A stretch of 39,919 nt of DNA, taken from positions 1-39,919 of the forward strand of contig NW_021835519.1 of assembly GCF_006345805.1 (NCBI RefSeq), written 5' to 3'. A program made the translations under genes and the position numbers. Of the stretch, positions 23,030 through 36,099 are shown in pieces. The notes beneath the pieces are model-generated. The model had not been told where the DNA came from. It searched no databases and saw only the letters and a list, made by a program, of their open reading frames with translations. Positions within the stretch are counted from its first letter, which is position 1. Each line of letters starts with the position of its first letter. The stretch comes from Octopus sinensis (taxonomy: Eukaryota).

Positions 23030-23535
23030 TTTTGCCTCTTTTGAGAGATTCAACATCCCAAAGTCAGTCTTCCCCCACTTCGTATTACGTCTTCCTAAAG
23101 TCTGCCTTTTCCACAGATTCTGTCCATTTTTAGGAATCAGCACTTCTTTATACAGCTGTCCTCATTCATCTGCATCACATGACCACACCAGTGCAGTCTT
23201 TTCTCTTGCCCACCACATCTGAGGCCCCTTATATCCAATCTGTCTCTAAGCACATTTGTGCTTTGTTGCACATGTATACTGGCATTGTTTCATTTTTTTC
23301 TAATCCATATATGTTCCCTACATTCACATCCATGTAGCATTGTTACTAACATGTAGCATAGCTGTTCATACACAGGTATTGTACAATCTGCCTTTCATTC
23401 TGAGAGAAAAGCCTTTTGTTACTAACAAAGGCAACAGTTCTCTGAACTCTCTCCAGACAGTTTTTATTCTAGCAACTTTTTTTTCAGAGCATCCACCTCC
23501 TCTGCTAATTAGGTCACAGAAACTATCAACTACTT
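23030..23535 (-). mobile_element. RTE-clade LINE reverse transcriptase C-terminal fragment
   Basis: Minus strand EVVDSFC.DLISRGGGCSE...RIKTVWREFRELLPLL..KGFSLRMKGRLYNTCV, then a degenerate WYGH/GRPRKTW-like region. Multiple stops. Confidence 0.85.
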
Positions 23536-23949
23536 CTATGCATGTCTGTATGTATGTATGTATATATGTATATATGTATGCATGAACACATGTATGCATT
23601 TATATATGTATGTATGCATGTATGTATGTATATGCATGTGTCTGTAATTACAAGCTATGAGCAGTATCATTGTTCTTAGTCCCATGAAGCAATCATCTGT
23701 CCACTTTGAGACTCCAAAGCCATGAGAAATAAGAGACCCCCTGCTTGAAAAGCAAATGAAGGTTTATGACAGGAAGAGCACCCAGCTGTAAAACAATGCA
23801 TCTAGAAGACATTCATCTAACTCATGCTGGCATGGGAAAAACAGACATTAAGCTAGTGTTAGGAATATAAATTGTGACTAAGGTTTGGTGGAAGATTTTA
23901 ATTCAAAACTTATGAAAACAAGACTGTAGAACCATATCATAAAGCGCGT

Positions 23950-24135
23950 CGAACAAAATGCTTAGCGACATTTCTGTCACCTCTTTCCGTTCTGAAAGCA
24001 AGTTCCGCCGAGGTCGACTTAGCCTTTCATCCTTTCAATGTCAATGATCGAGTAAAAAAAAAAAAGGGCCCAGTTTAACATTAGGGTCCATGTAATCGAA
24101 TTCCCTTAAAATTCTGGCCTTGTGCCAAATTTGGA
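23950..24135 (+). mobile_element. SINE family B, diverged
   Basis: aaaatgcttagcgacatttc...ccgccgaggtcgacttagcctttcatcctttc. Confidence 0.75.
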
Positions 24136-24228
24136 AAGAAGAAATGGTTTCAGCCGAGTTGGTATCAAAAGGGATAAACATAAGACAGATAATCTTAGGG
24201 GTGGATATGGTCAGTTTAAATGCTAAAT

Positions 24229-24450
24229 GGTCAACCCTTTAGCATTCAGATTATTCTGTCAAATGGAAGGCTTATTGTTTACTTTGCTTGGAATTAAATT
24301 GAACATTATTTTGGATTTCAACAATGCCGTTGTTCATTTTATGAATGACATTTCTGAGAATGTACAAGAAGATGGATCTGGCCAGTTTGAACATGAGCAA
24401 GTAGAATATTTTGGTCAGAGATAACCGGTTTAACTGCTAAAGGATTAATA
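24229..24450. mobile_element. piggyBac-like MITE
   Basis: Termini tcaaCCCTTTAGCA ... TGCTAAAGGAttaa, i.e. TTAA-CCC/GGG-TTAA type. A homologue lies at 37739-37955. Confidence 0.65.
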
Positions 24451-24460
24451 TTCTTCCATA

Positions 24461-24680
24461 AAGGGCAGCGATCTGGCAGAATCGTTAGCATGCCGAGCAA
24501 GATGCTTAGCAGTATTTTGTCTGCCGTTACGTTCTGAGTTCAAATTCTGCCGAGGTCAACTTTATCGTTCATCCTTTCAAGGACCAGTTATGCACTGGGA
24601 ACGATGTAATTGACTTAATCCCTTTGTCTGTCCTTGTTTGTCCCCTCTATATTTGGCCCCTTTTGGGCAATAAAGAAATA
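24461..24680 (+). mobile_element. tRNA-derived SINE family B with a 14-bp TSD
   Basis: A-box-like tggcagaatcgtt and B-box gagttcaaattc. AATATTCTTCCATA occurs at 24447-24460 and 24681-24694. Confidence 0.9.
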
Positions 24681-24933
24681 AATATTCTTCCATACTTACA
24701 TAACTGGCAGAATTCTGCTTGAAGCACCCCATATAACCCCCTCATAACTTTTTCATTTTTTGAAACTTTCAGAAAATTTTTGTGTATTTGTGTTCTTACA
24801 TGCAGGAATTCATACAACTATGAAAAAAGATGCTTTTTCAATAAAATTTTTTTTTTTAATCAGAGTTTAAAACCCAGACCATCCGAATTTTTGGCTTAAA
24901 TCCCAGCAATAAATTATCAAATTATAAATTATC

Positions 24934-25109
24934 ATAGGCGCAGGAGTGGCTGTGTGGTAAGTAGCTTGCTAACCAACCACATGGTTCCGGGTTCAGTCCC
25001 ACTGCGTGGCATCTTGGGCAAGTGTCTTCTGCTATAGCCTCGGGCCAACCAATGCCTTGTGAGTGGATTTGGTAGACGGAAACTGAAAGAAGCCTGTCGT
25101 ATATATGTA

Positions 25110-25141
<32 letters not shown>

Positions 25142-25370
25142 AGTGTGTGTTATATGTTTGTGTTTGTGTCTGTGTTTGTCCCCCTAGCATTGTTGACAAC
25201 CGATGCTGGTTGTGTTTACGTTCCCGTTACTTAGCAGTTCAGCAAAAGAGACCGATAGAATAAGTACTGGGCTTACAAAGAATAAGTCCCAGGGTCGATT
25301 TGCTCGACTAAAGACGGTGCTCCAGCATGGCCGCAGTCAAAAGATTGAAACAAGTAAAAGAGTAAAAGAG
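24934..25370 (+). mobile_element. SINE family A, full length, flanked by an about 120-bp direct repeat
   Basis: Full head, internal (TA)n and gtaaaaga tail. 24802-24922 is repeated at 25370-25492. Confidence 0.92.
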
Positions 25371-25796
25371 CAGGAATTCATACAACTATGAAAAAAGATG
25401 CTTTTTGAATTAAATTTTTTTTTTTTTAATCAGAGTTTAAAACCCAGACCATCCGAATTTTTGGCTTAAAGTTGGGCAATAAATTATTAAATGTGTTTAT
25501 GGGGAGAAAGCTATAGAAAAACATCAATATATTAGAGTGACAAAGAAGCAAGGAAGGTATCAGATTGTCGTGAGATGTGCTAAAAATATCAGCTAAATAG
25601 CCCTCGAATCACACACAAAAATATCTTCCCTTTTTTTTTTTTTTGCTTTTTGGATAATTATATGAAATCTTGCGTTTTTGGAATATCTGAAAATTCCAAA
25701 AGAAAATTATGAGGGTTTATCTGGGTTGCTTAAAGCAGAATCCTGCATTAAAATAACCACAAACTTTAGCATGAAGATGATGTTTATCACTCAGCC

Positions 25797-25896
25797 AATC
25801 ACGTTTGTCATCAATCACGTTGTCATCAATCACGTTGTCATCAATCGCGTTTGTCATCAATCACGTTTGTCATCAATCACGTTTGTCATCAATCAC
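25797..25896. repeat. 15/16-bp minisatellite (AATCACGTTTGTCATC) x6, directly upstream of an exon acceptor
   Basis: Six copies plus a partial copy, ending 22 nt before the exon at 25919. Confidence 0.95.
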
Positions 25897-25918
25897 AACT
25901 CTTTCTTCGACCAATCAG

Positions 25919-26139
25919 ATTTATTCAATGGATTGCTACTTCCGCCAACTCTGGACTGACGAACGTCTCGCATTCAACGTTTCTTTGGCGAATGTCTCTT
26001 TGAACATCAAAATGCTGGAAAGAATTTGGTCCCCCGATACCATCGTCTACAATGGACAGGAATCTTTCCTTCACGAAATCACCATGCCCAACAAATTCTT
26101 TCGCATCAACAAAGATGGCACCATTCTTTACTCACAAAG
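25919..26139 (+). CDS. GABA-A-type subunit exon, loops D/A/E (IYSMDCYFRQLWTDERLAF...IWSPDT...GTILYSQR)
   Basis: ccaatcag| acceptor and |gtattt donor. 221 nt, the conserved size. Motifs YSMDCYFRQ, W.D.RL, IW.PDT, NK..RI..DG.ILYS.R. Confidence 0.96.
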
Positions 26140-26199
26140 GTATTTACCATTCCTTCTTCATTCATCTCATCTCTTCTTCTTGGCAGTTGTCGCTCTCTT

Positions 26200-26950
26200 T
26201 CGATTACTTCTTCTTCTCCTTCTTCTTCTTCTTTTTCTTTTTCTTTTTCTCCTTCTTCTTCTTCTTCTCCTTCTTCTTCTCCTTCTTCTTCTCCTTCTTC
26301 TTCTCCTTCTTCTTCACCTTCTTCTTCTCCTTCTTCTTCTCCTTCTTCTTCTCCTTCTTCTCCTCTTTCTTTATCTTCTTCTTCTCCTGCTTCTCCTCCT
26401 CCGCCTCCTCCTTCTTCTTCTTCTCTTTCTTCTTCTTCTTCTCTTCTTTTTCTTCTTCTTCTTCTTCTTCTTCTCCTCTTTCTTTATCTTCTTCTCCTCC
26501 TCCTTCTTCTTCTTCTTCTTCTTCTCCTCTTTCTTTATCTTCTCCTCCTTCTTCTTCTTCTTCTTCTTCTCCTCTTTCTTTATCTTCTCCTCCTTCTTCT
26601 TCTTCTTCTCCTCTTTCTTTATCTTCTTCTCCTCCTCCTTCTTCTTCTTCTCCTCTTTCTTTATCTTCTCCTCCTTCTTCTTCTTCTTCTTCTTCTCCTC
26701 TTTCTTTATCTTCTTCTCCTCCTCCGCCTCCTCCTTCTTCTTCTCCTCTTTCTTTATCTTCTTCTCCTCCTCCTTCTTCTTCTTCTTCTTCTTCTTCTTC
26801 TCCTCTTTCTTTATCTTCTTCTCCTCCTCCTTCTTCTTCTTCTTCTTCTTCTTCTTCTTCTCCTCTTTCTTTATCTTCTCCTCCTTCTTCTTCTTCTTCT
26901 CCTCCTCCTTTTCTTTCTTCTCATCCTCTTCTTCTTCTTCTTCCTCCTTC
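26200..26950. repeat. (CTT)n/(CCT)n tract with a recurring CTCCTCTTTCTTTATCTTCT unit
   Basis: Read directly. About 10 copies of the interrupting motif. Confidence 0.95.
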
Positions 26951-26973
26951 CTATTATTATTACTACTACTATT

Positions 26974-27187
26974 AACAATGGTAAGCTGGCAGAGTGGTTA
27001 GCACACCGGACAAAATGCTCAGCAGTATTTCGTCCGTCTTTGTGTTCTGAGTTCAAATTCCACCAAGGATAACTTTGCTTTCATCCTTTTGGGGTCAATA
27101 AATTAAGGACCAGTCAAGCACTGTGGTTGATATGATTGACTAGTCATCTACCCCCAAATTTCAGACCTTGTGCTTTTAGTAGAAAGG
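26974..27187 (+). mobile_element. tRNA-derived SINE family B
   Basis: gctggcagagtggttagca...ttctgagttcaaattcc...tagtagaaagg followed by (ATT)n. Confidence 0.85.
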
Positions 27188-27356
27188 ATTATTATTATTA
27201 TTATCATTATTATTAGTAGTAGTAGTAGTAGCAGTAATAGTAGTAGTAGTATCATTGTTATTAGTATTAGTATTATTATTAGTAGTTGTCCTAGTAGTAG
27301 TAGTAGGAAGTCTGTCATGGTATTATTTATTTTTATTATGATTATATTATATTATA

Positions 27357-27396
<40 letters not shown>

Positions 27397-27755
27397 CATC
27401 ATTATATTATTATTATAGTCTTATATTATTATTATTCTTATTATCATTCATTATTGATTATTATTATTATTATTATTATTTTATTATTATTCATTATTAT
27501 TATTATTATTATTATTATATCATTATTATTATTATTATTATCATTATATTTTTATATTATTATTATTATTATTATCATCATATATATTATTATTATTATA
27601 TTATTCCTCATCATTATTATTATTATTATTATTATTATTTCATTCTTATATTATATTATTATATTATTTCATATTATTATTATTATTATCATTATTATAT
27701 TATTATTATATTATCATCATTATTATGATTATTATTATATTATTATTATCATCTG

Positions 27756-27794
<39 letters not shown>

Positions 27795-28103
27795 TTTATT
27801 ATCATTATTATTTATTATTATTCATTATTATTTTTATTATTATCATTGTTAATAGTAGTAGTTAGTAGTAGTATGTCATCATTATTATTATTATTATCAT
27901 TATCATTATTATTATTATTCATTATATTATTATTATTATTATATTATTAGTATTAATCATTATTATTTATTATATTATAATTATGTATTTGTATTATTAT
28001 CATTGTTATTAGTAGTAGTAGTAGTAGTATTGTCATCATTATATTATTATATCATTACCTTATTATTATATCTTATTATATTATATTATTATTATTATTA
28101 TCA

Positions 28104-28141
<38 letters not shown>

Positions 28142-28282
28142 ATCATTATTATTAGTATTATATTATCATTATTATTTTTATATTATCATTATTATTAGTA
28201 GTTAGTAGTAGTAGTAGTATTGTCATATTTTTATTATTATTTTTATTATCATTATTATATTATATTAATTATTATTATTATA

Positions 28283-28314
<32 letters not shown>

Positions 28315-28592
28315 TATCATATTATTTTTTATTATCATTATTATTGATTATTATTATTATCATTATTATTAGTATTATTATTATATTATCATTATTATAT
28401 ATTAGTATTATTATCATTATTATATTATCATTATTATTTTTATTATTATCATTGTATAGTATTATTATATTAGTATTAGTTAGTAGTAGTAGTAGTGTAG
28501 TATGTCATTGTATTATTATTATTTATATATATTATTATTGCTATCATTATTATTATTATTATTATTATCATTATATTATTATCATATTATTA
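27188..28592. repeat. Degenerate (ATT)n/(AGT)n microsatellite, 1.4 kb
   Basis: Read directly from the sequence. Confidence 0.95.
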
Positions 28593-29183
28593 CTTTTTTC
28601 TTTCAAATTTGCTTCCATTTCTTGCCGAGTGTTTCCCGACTCCTAGGGCAAAGAAACTCATAGTATACATTGGTAGGCCATTAAACCAAAAACTCAGTAG
28701 TTCGTTCATTTTTTTTTTTAAGTTAAATTAAAATACATGAGCAGCAACAGTTCTCACATCGACAATGCTCTTCTCAATATGTGTGATGTACCAGTTAAGA
28801 CAATCTTTTGCACTTCTTGCGGGATGGTAAGCCAGGGATCATTCTCATATAATTTTCGGTTCCCTTCTTGATCATTCTAGTGCTCCTACGATCACTGGTA
28901 TTGTAACCGCTTGAGATGCCACATTTTCTCAATTTCAATAAGTAGGTCTTTTATTTCTGAGCTTGTCAAACTCTTTCGCTGAGATATTATGATCACAGGG
29001 GATGCTCATGTCGATCAATAAGCAAACTTATTGTTTTGGTCTTTCACAACAATATCTGGTTTATTGGCCTTGATGGTTCGGTCTGTATGTACAGGAAAGT
29101 CCCACAGAATGGTTACATTTTCTCCTTCAGTTACAGCCTCAGGGTGGTGATTATACCACTTGTCGGCAGTTTTGATATTGTAT
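28593..29183 (-). mobile_element. R4/Dong-like non-LTR retrotransposon 3' end (restriction-like endonuclease domain)
   Basis: Minus strand KWYNHHPEAVTEGENVTILWDFPVHTDRTIKANKPDIVV, then in a shifted frame LLIDMSIPCDHNISAKEFDK...HILRRALSM. This has the PD..D RLE motif. Flanked by (ATT)n on both sides. Confidence 0.85.
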
Positions 29184-29222
29184 ATTATTATTATCATATT
29201 ATTATTATATTATTATTATTAT

Positions 29223-29255
<33 letters not shown>

Positions 29256-29793
29256 GTATATTATTATTATATGATTATTATCATTATTATATTATCATTA
29301 TTATTATATTATTATTATTATCATTATTTTATTATCATTATTGTTATTATTATTATATTATTATTATTATTATCATTTATTATTATTATATTATTATATT
29401 ATCATATTGTTATTATTATTATTTATTATTATTATTATATTTATTATTGGTATTATTATTATTATATTATTATATTCCATATTATGTTATCATTATTTTA
29501 TTATCATTATTATTATTATTATTATTATTAACATTATTATTATTATCATTATTGTTATTATATATTATTATCATTATTATTATTATTATTATATTATTAT
29601 TATCATTATTATTATATTATTATTATCATTATTATTATTATTTTATTATTGTATCATTATTATTATATATTATTATTATCATTATTATTATTATCATATT
29701 ATTTATTATTCATTATTATTATTATTATCATTATTATTATCATTATGTTATATTATTATTATTGTCATTATTATTATTATTATTATATTATTA

Positions 29794-29838
<45 letters not shown>
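29184..29838. repeat. Degenerate (ATT)n microsatellite
   Basis: Read directly from the sequence. Confidence 0.95.
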
Positions 29839-29839
<1 letters not shown>

Positions 29840-30243
29840 TTTCACTTCTCAGAATGCATGAGAGGAAATATGTTTGTGGGTCATTAACATCAAGCCCTGG
29901 AGGAATGAATGAAATTACAGGAGAATATCATCAAATTTATACAAAACTGTTTGATTAAATATTCTTCTTTTTTCTTTTCTTTTTTCTTTCCTCTTTTTTT
30001 CTGTCTTTTTCTTTTCACCTGTTATAAAATTGAAACTTAAAGTCTGATGATGGTTGCTCTTGTTCTTATTTTAATTTTAAATTTCTATAATTTTGAATTT
30101 TTATCGCGTCTTATTTTGAACTTGACAAAGACAGACTTACTTTCAAAATATCATTCAACCAATAAAATATCTGTTACAATCGTACCACGCTCCTCATCTT
30201 GACTGTTTACCTTTGTGAGGAGCTACATCAATCCTTTTAAAGA

Positions 30244-30275
<32 letters not shown>

Positions 30276-30431
30276 TATTATTATTACTATTATTATTATT
30301 ATTATTATTATTATGTTATTATTATTATTATTATTATCATTATTATTATACTATTATTATTATTATTATTACTATTATTATATTATTATTATTATTATTA
30401 TTATTATATGATTATTTTATTATTATTATTA

Positions 30432-30469
<38 letters not shown>

Positions 30470-30478
30470 TATGTTGAC

Positions 30479-30803
30479 TTTTGCTTTATGTCTGTACAAG
30501 TTGGCTCCAAGTCTCACCCAAAGACCTCAAGAGACAACAGGTTGGAAGTTCATGTTGTTGTTATGTCTAGTGTGCCATATATTTGGGGTTTTTTGGTGTT
30601 GTACTAGTGAATGTCTAAAAAAAATAAATAAATAAATAAAAAAAAGAAAGAAAGAAAATAGTGTTTGTTTTAAACCCTGAGATTACATAGAAAGTATTTT
30701 GCGTAGGATATGAGCAGTTCCCATGAGCATTATCTTTTGAATTTCTGCGTTTTTGGGGTTTCCTGGTATCTGAGTTAGGTAGCAATCAGCCCCTTTTGCT
30801 TTA
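30479..30803 (-). mobile_element. R4/Dong-like retrotransposon extreme 3' end (second subfamily)
   Basis: Minus strand IPGNPKNAEIQKIMLMGTAHILRKILSM* plus a 3' UTR. Flanked by (ATT)n at 30244-30478 and 30804-30892. Confidence 0.75.
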
Positions 30804-30892
30804 ATATTATTATTATTATTATCATTATTATTATAATTATTGTTATCATTATTATCATTATTATTATTATTATTTTTATTTTTATTATTATT

Positions 30893-31062
30893 AAGGCAAT
30901 GAGCTAGCAAAATAATTAGCATGCTGAGTTCAAATTCCCTTGAGGTTGGCTTTGCCTTTCATCCTTACGGGATCAACAAAATAAGTACCAGTTGAACACT
31001 GGGGTCAATGTAATTGACTCATCTCCTCCCTCGAAACTGCTGGCCTTGTGGCAAAATTTGAA
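30893..31062 (+). mobile_element. SINE family B with an internal deletion
   Basis: aaggcaatgagctagcaaaataattagcatg|ctgagttcaaattcc...ctggggtcaatgtaattgact. Confidence 0.75.
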
Positions 31063-31064
31063 AC

Positions 31065-31752
31065 TTTTATCACCTGTTCACCGTCATCTATGAAGCGCCG
31101 GAAATATCATAGTCTCAGCGCACGTCTGTATACTATCAACCACGGTATGCCCAGCCCTCCATTTAGCAGGTGTTGACAGCAAATGGATCACCTAACCATC
31201 GGAACGCTTCCTTTCCACAAAAAGTGGAAGAGCATGTGTCCCAGTTTGGTGATGGTAGGGTTGGGACGAGGTACGACGGTCAGGCAGTAACAGATGATGG
31301 ATGCGATGTACATTTTCTCCACCTCCATTCAACCTTTTAGGGATGGCTTCCTCTTGGCCCATTGCTGGGGGAGAGTGGTCATCCTACTCATTATCTCATC
31401 CCAGTTCTTCTCCATTCGGATGTCTGGTCTGAATTAGACCCCAAGCAATTTAACCACTTCATCGGTCCAGTGTCCCATGATGAAGACGCTGTTGGATGGC
31501 ATGGGCCTGCATCTTCAGGTACCAAGCTGCAAGCCCACTGACTTTTCCGAGTTAATTTTCAATCCCTTTGTTGTTTCATTTTCTCTTCGTGTCTCACTGA
31601 CCAGGTTGACATGCATGTGGCTCAACACTATCACTGTGACATTGACCGCATATGCAAACACGCCCCCTCCCACACCCCAGTTCTTACAGGATGCCCCTCA
31701 GTGTTGCCAGCTTCTGCAGTAGTGACTCTAGAAGCTACAAGAGGGAGCATCC
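31065..31752 (-). mobile_element. L1/Tx1-clade LINE reverse transcriptase fragment
   Basis: Minus strand [11 protein letters not shown] (degenerate YADD), KINSEKSVGLQLGT, WTDEVVKLLG, followed by a frameshifted FLWKG/GGLG-type region. Decayed. Confidence 0.75.
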
Positions 31753-31754
31753 TT

Positions 31755-31917
31755 GATAGATAGATAGATGGATAGATGGATAGATAGACAGGTATAAAGA
31801 CAGACAGGCAGACAGACATATAGACAGGCAGGCAGACAGACAGGCAGACAGACAGGCAGACAGGCAAGCAGGCAGACAGACATATAGATAGACAGGTATA
31901 AAGACAAACAGACAGAC

Positions 31918-32015
<98 letters not shown>

Positions 32016-32035
32016 GCAGGTAGACAGGTAGACAT

Positions 32036-32111
<76 letters not shown>

Positions 32112-32143
32112 ATAGATAGACAGAGAGACAGGTAGATAGATAT

Positions 32144-32215
<72 letters not shown>

Positions 32216-32247
32216 ATAGATAGACAGAGAGACAGGTAGATAGATAT

Positions 32248-32283
<36 letters not shown>

Positions 32284-32343
32284 GTAGATAGATAGATAGA
32301 TAGATAGATAAATAGATAGACAGAGAGACAGGTAGATAGATAT

Positions 32344-32383
<40 letters not shown>

Positions 32384-32415
32384 ATAGATAGACAGACAGA
32401 CAGACAGATAGATGG
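31755..32415. repeat. (GATA)n/(GACA)n tract with about 100-bp higher-order blocks
   Basis: Read directly. The block aatagatagacagagagacaggtagatagatatata recurs at about 32111, 32215 and 32311. Confidence 0.95.
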
Positions 32416-33143
32416 ATGGAGAGATATGTATTAGTGCATTCATATACATTAAGAGAGTGCATAGTCCCTGGTGCATGAGTGCATGCATGTGTGTCTGTGT
32501 GAATGGGCACTCACGGGAGCATAGGTGCATGTATGTGTGCTGAAGTATCTTTACAAGACAGCCAACATGTCATTAGAGAAAATCAAATTTCATTACAGTT
32601 TGGCATCTGCTGTGGAATGGTGTTCTGGCTTTACCGCTTCCTGGTCTGCATCATGTTTAATGAAGATGCAGTGTACACGTGTGTGTGGACAGTAGGGGGA
32701 GGGGGGTCGTGGTGTGTGTATGTGTGTACCTGTGTGTACCTGCGTGAGTAAGTGCCCTTATGTTTGAGTATTAGCAAACACACATACATATATACCTACA
32801 GCTATACATTTACACACACAATACACACATATACACACACACAAATATGCACACAGACATACACATGTATGCACACACACACACACACACACACACGATC
32901 TCCTGAATATATGTGTATGTATGTGTGTATATGTATATATATATATATTATATTTGTGTACATATATGTGTATATGTATGTGTGTATATGTATTTGTAAA
33001 TGTATATATATATATGTGTGTGTATATATATATATATATATTGTGTACATATATGTGTATATGTATTTGTAAATGTATATATATATATGTGTGTATCATA
33101 TATATATCTATATTAATATATATATAATAATATATATATATAC

Positions 33144-33179
<36 letters not shown>

Positions 33180-33855
33180 ATATATATATACATATTTATA
33201 TGTTATGTATTATATACATGCCACATGTATACACACATATATACACACAAACATGTATTACATAGATTGATGCACACAGGCACACATACATTACATACAT
33301 GCATGCATTTATGTGTGTGTGTGTGTGTGTGCATGCATGTGTTTGTATGTGTGAGTGTATGTGTGTGTGTGTGCATGTATATATATACAGACATGTACAT
33401 GTGTATGTAAGTGTATATATATATGTGTATATGCATATATATTTATATATATATATATATAGCATATATATATATATAGCATATATATATATTATATATA
33501 TATATATATGCTATATATATGCACACACACGCAAACTGTCAAAGTCAAAGATATATAATAAATGTAAATTTAAACATTTTCACACAGACATGCACAAACA
33601 TACACACATTATCACAACCTCCTACCCATACCTGCAACAACCCACCCAGAAAAACATCCACTACATACATACACAACATCTGGTGAGAGTAACCATTGGT
33701 CACTTACTCACGACATTACCACATATATACATGTTAATATATATATATATACACATATACATATATATATATATCTATATACACATATATATATACATAT
33801 ATATATATATATACACACAACACACATATATATATATATATACACACACACATAA

Positions 33856-33922
<67 letters not shown>

Positions 33923-34432
33923 CATATATACATACTTATATACTATGCCTATCTATATAAATGCCAAATGAATAATTTCCTATAATTTTGAGACACAAAT
34001 TTGGAGATGTCCTCAATACAAACTCACTGGCTTTAAATGAACAGAGGAAAAGCGCAGAATTTGATACAAATACAACCTGACAGTTTGAAATGGCCAATAC
34101 GTTATCAATATATTATCAATTTACTTCATAGATCTGATTATATTTCCTTCATCCATTTGTCTTCTCTTTCCTTCTGTGTTTCGGTCATTCAAACCTCTTT
34201 AAAACTCGTTAATAGGTCCTAATAATGACAGAGATAATTCACTAAAAACACTGTCGCCGAACGTATTCAGACTTGCCAATGGCTGTTAACGAATCGTTGC
34301 AATCGTTTTGAAAGCTTTTCAATTGCTGGTGTTGCTGTTGTTGTTGTTGTTGTGATCAGGAAAAATTGGCTAGATGCCATCATATAATACACCCCCACAC
34401 ACGCATACACACACATACTGACACACACACAT

Positions 34433-34590
34433 ATGGGCGTTGCTGTGTAGTAAGAAGCTTTCTTTCCAACTACATGGTTCCGGGTTCAGTCCCACTGCAT
34501 GGCACCTTGGGCAAGTGTCTTCTGCTATAGCCTCAGGCCGACCAAATCCTTGTGAGTGGATTTGGTAGATGGAAACTGAAAGAATCCTGT
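34433..34590 (+). mobile_element. SINE family A 5' half
   Basis: ggttccgggttcagtcccactgcatggcaccttgggcaagtgtcttc...ggaaactgaaagaa. Confidence 0.85.
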
Positions 34591-35211
34591 CTCACACACA
34601 CACTCACACACATACACACACATACACACACACACATACACACACACACACACACACACATAGATATATATATATATAATTAATGTAGGATAAATTTTTT
34701 CGAAAAAAAAATTTATCAATGGCCAGCATATTAAAAATACCTTTAAAGGTTAAATTTATAAATAACTTATAAAATAAGGGCAAAAGAAAAATTCTAATGC
34801 CAAATATGCCGAAAAACAACAAAATTGTCAATAACCATTATAATTTATGCGTCTCAAAACATGCCAATATGTACATAATTATAATTAGGGTTCAGCTAAC
34901 TGCTTCATCACATACCAAAATTAGAAATAGGAGTTAAAAATTCCTTTCTTGCTAAGGAAAGGAATTTTTAACTCCATGTGGTAATATTAAGATTAATGTA
35001 AAAAATAAAGACCGCTGAAGCTTATAATGTGCAGAAAGAGGCCCTCTGATCACAGATTGCTGTCCGCTCCCACAGAATCTACCAGAGCAAACAAGACCGA
35101 GCACTCTGAGACGTAAAACAATAATAATAATAATAATAATCCCTTCTACCATAGGCACAAGGCCTGAAATTTGGGGGAAGGAGCAAGTCAATTACATTGA
35201 CCCTGGTGTTT

Positions 35212-35212
35212 C

Positions 35213-35244
<32 letters not shown>

Positions 35245-35255
35245 TAATAATAATG

Positions 35256-35301
<46 letters not shown>

Positions 35302-35346
35302 TAATAATAAATGATAATAATAATAACAACAATGATAATGTTAATG

Positions 35347-35406
<60 letters not shown>

Positions 35407-35438
35407 TAATGATAATAATAATAATAATGATAATGATA

Positions 35439-35469
<31 letters not shown>

Positions 35470-35473
35470 TAAT

Positions 35474-35541
<68 letters not shown>

Positions 35542-35581
35542 GATGATAATAATAATAACAATAATAAAAATAATAATCATA

Positions 35582-35630
<49 letters not shown>

Positions 35631-35642
35631 TAATGATATGAT

Positions 35643-35703
<61 letters not shown>

Positions 35704-35710
35704 AATAATA
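35212..35710. repeat. (AAT)n/(GAT)n microsatellite
   Basis: Read directly from the sequence. Confidence 0.95.
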
Positions 35711-36039
35711 AAAGAAATGGAGAAACTCTCAAATACAAAGACCTGGAAATAGAGGTAACTAGAATGTGGAATCTGAAAACAGAAAACAATTCCTATCATA
35801 ATAGGTGCATTAGGCATGATAAAAAAATATTCAGACAAATACATAAACAAAAACACCAGGACTTACAAACACATATAACATACAGAAAATTGCACTACTA
35901 GGCACTGCACACATCCTACGCAGAACACTTTCCATACAATAACCATCAGAGCATCACAACAAATCACAGCACATACCCAAGGCACACGAGCTGCGCTCGG
36001 TAGTGAAGTGCAAGCACACTATAAAAATAACTACTGAAT
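35711..36039 (+). mobile_element. R4/Dong-like retrotransposon 3' end (third subfamily)
   Basis: Across frameshifts: KEMEKL.KYKDLEIEVTRMWNLKT..IPIIIGALGMIKK...IQKIALLGTAHILRRTLSIQ*, then a 3' UTR and (AAT)n. (AAT)n also lies upstream. Confidence 0.85.
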
Positions 36040-36043
36040 AGTA

Positions 36044-36099
<56 letters not shown>

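Noticed and set aside
25805-27072. 398-aa, 348-aa and 307-aa ORFs
   Set aside because: Only 25919-26139 is real coding sequence. The rest is read-through into minisatellite and (CTT)n.
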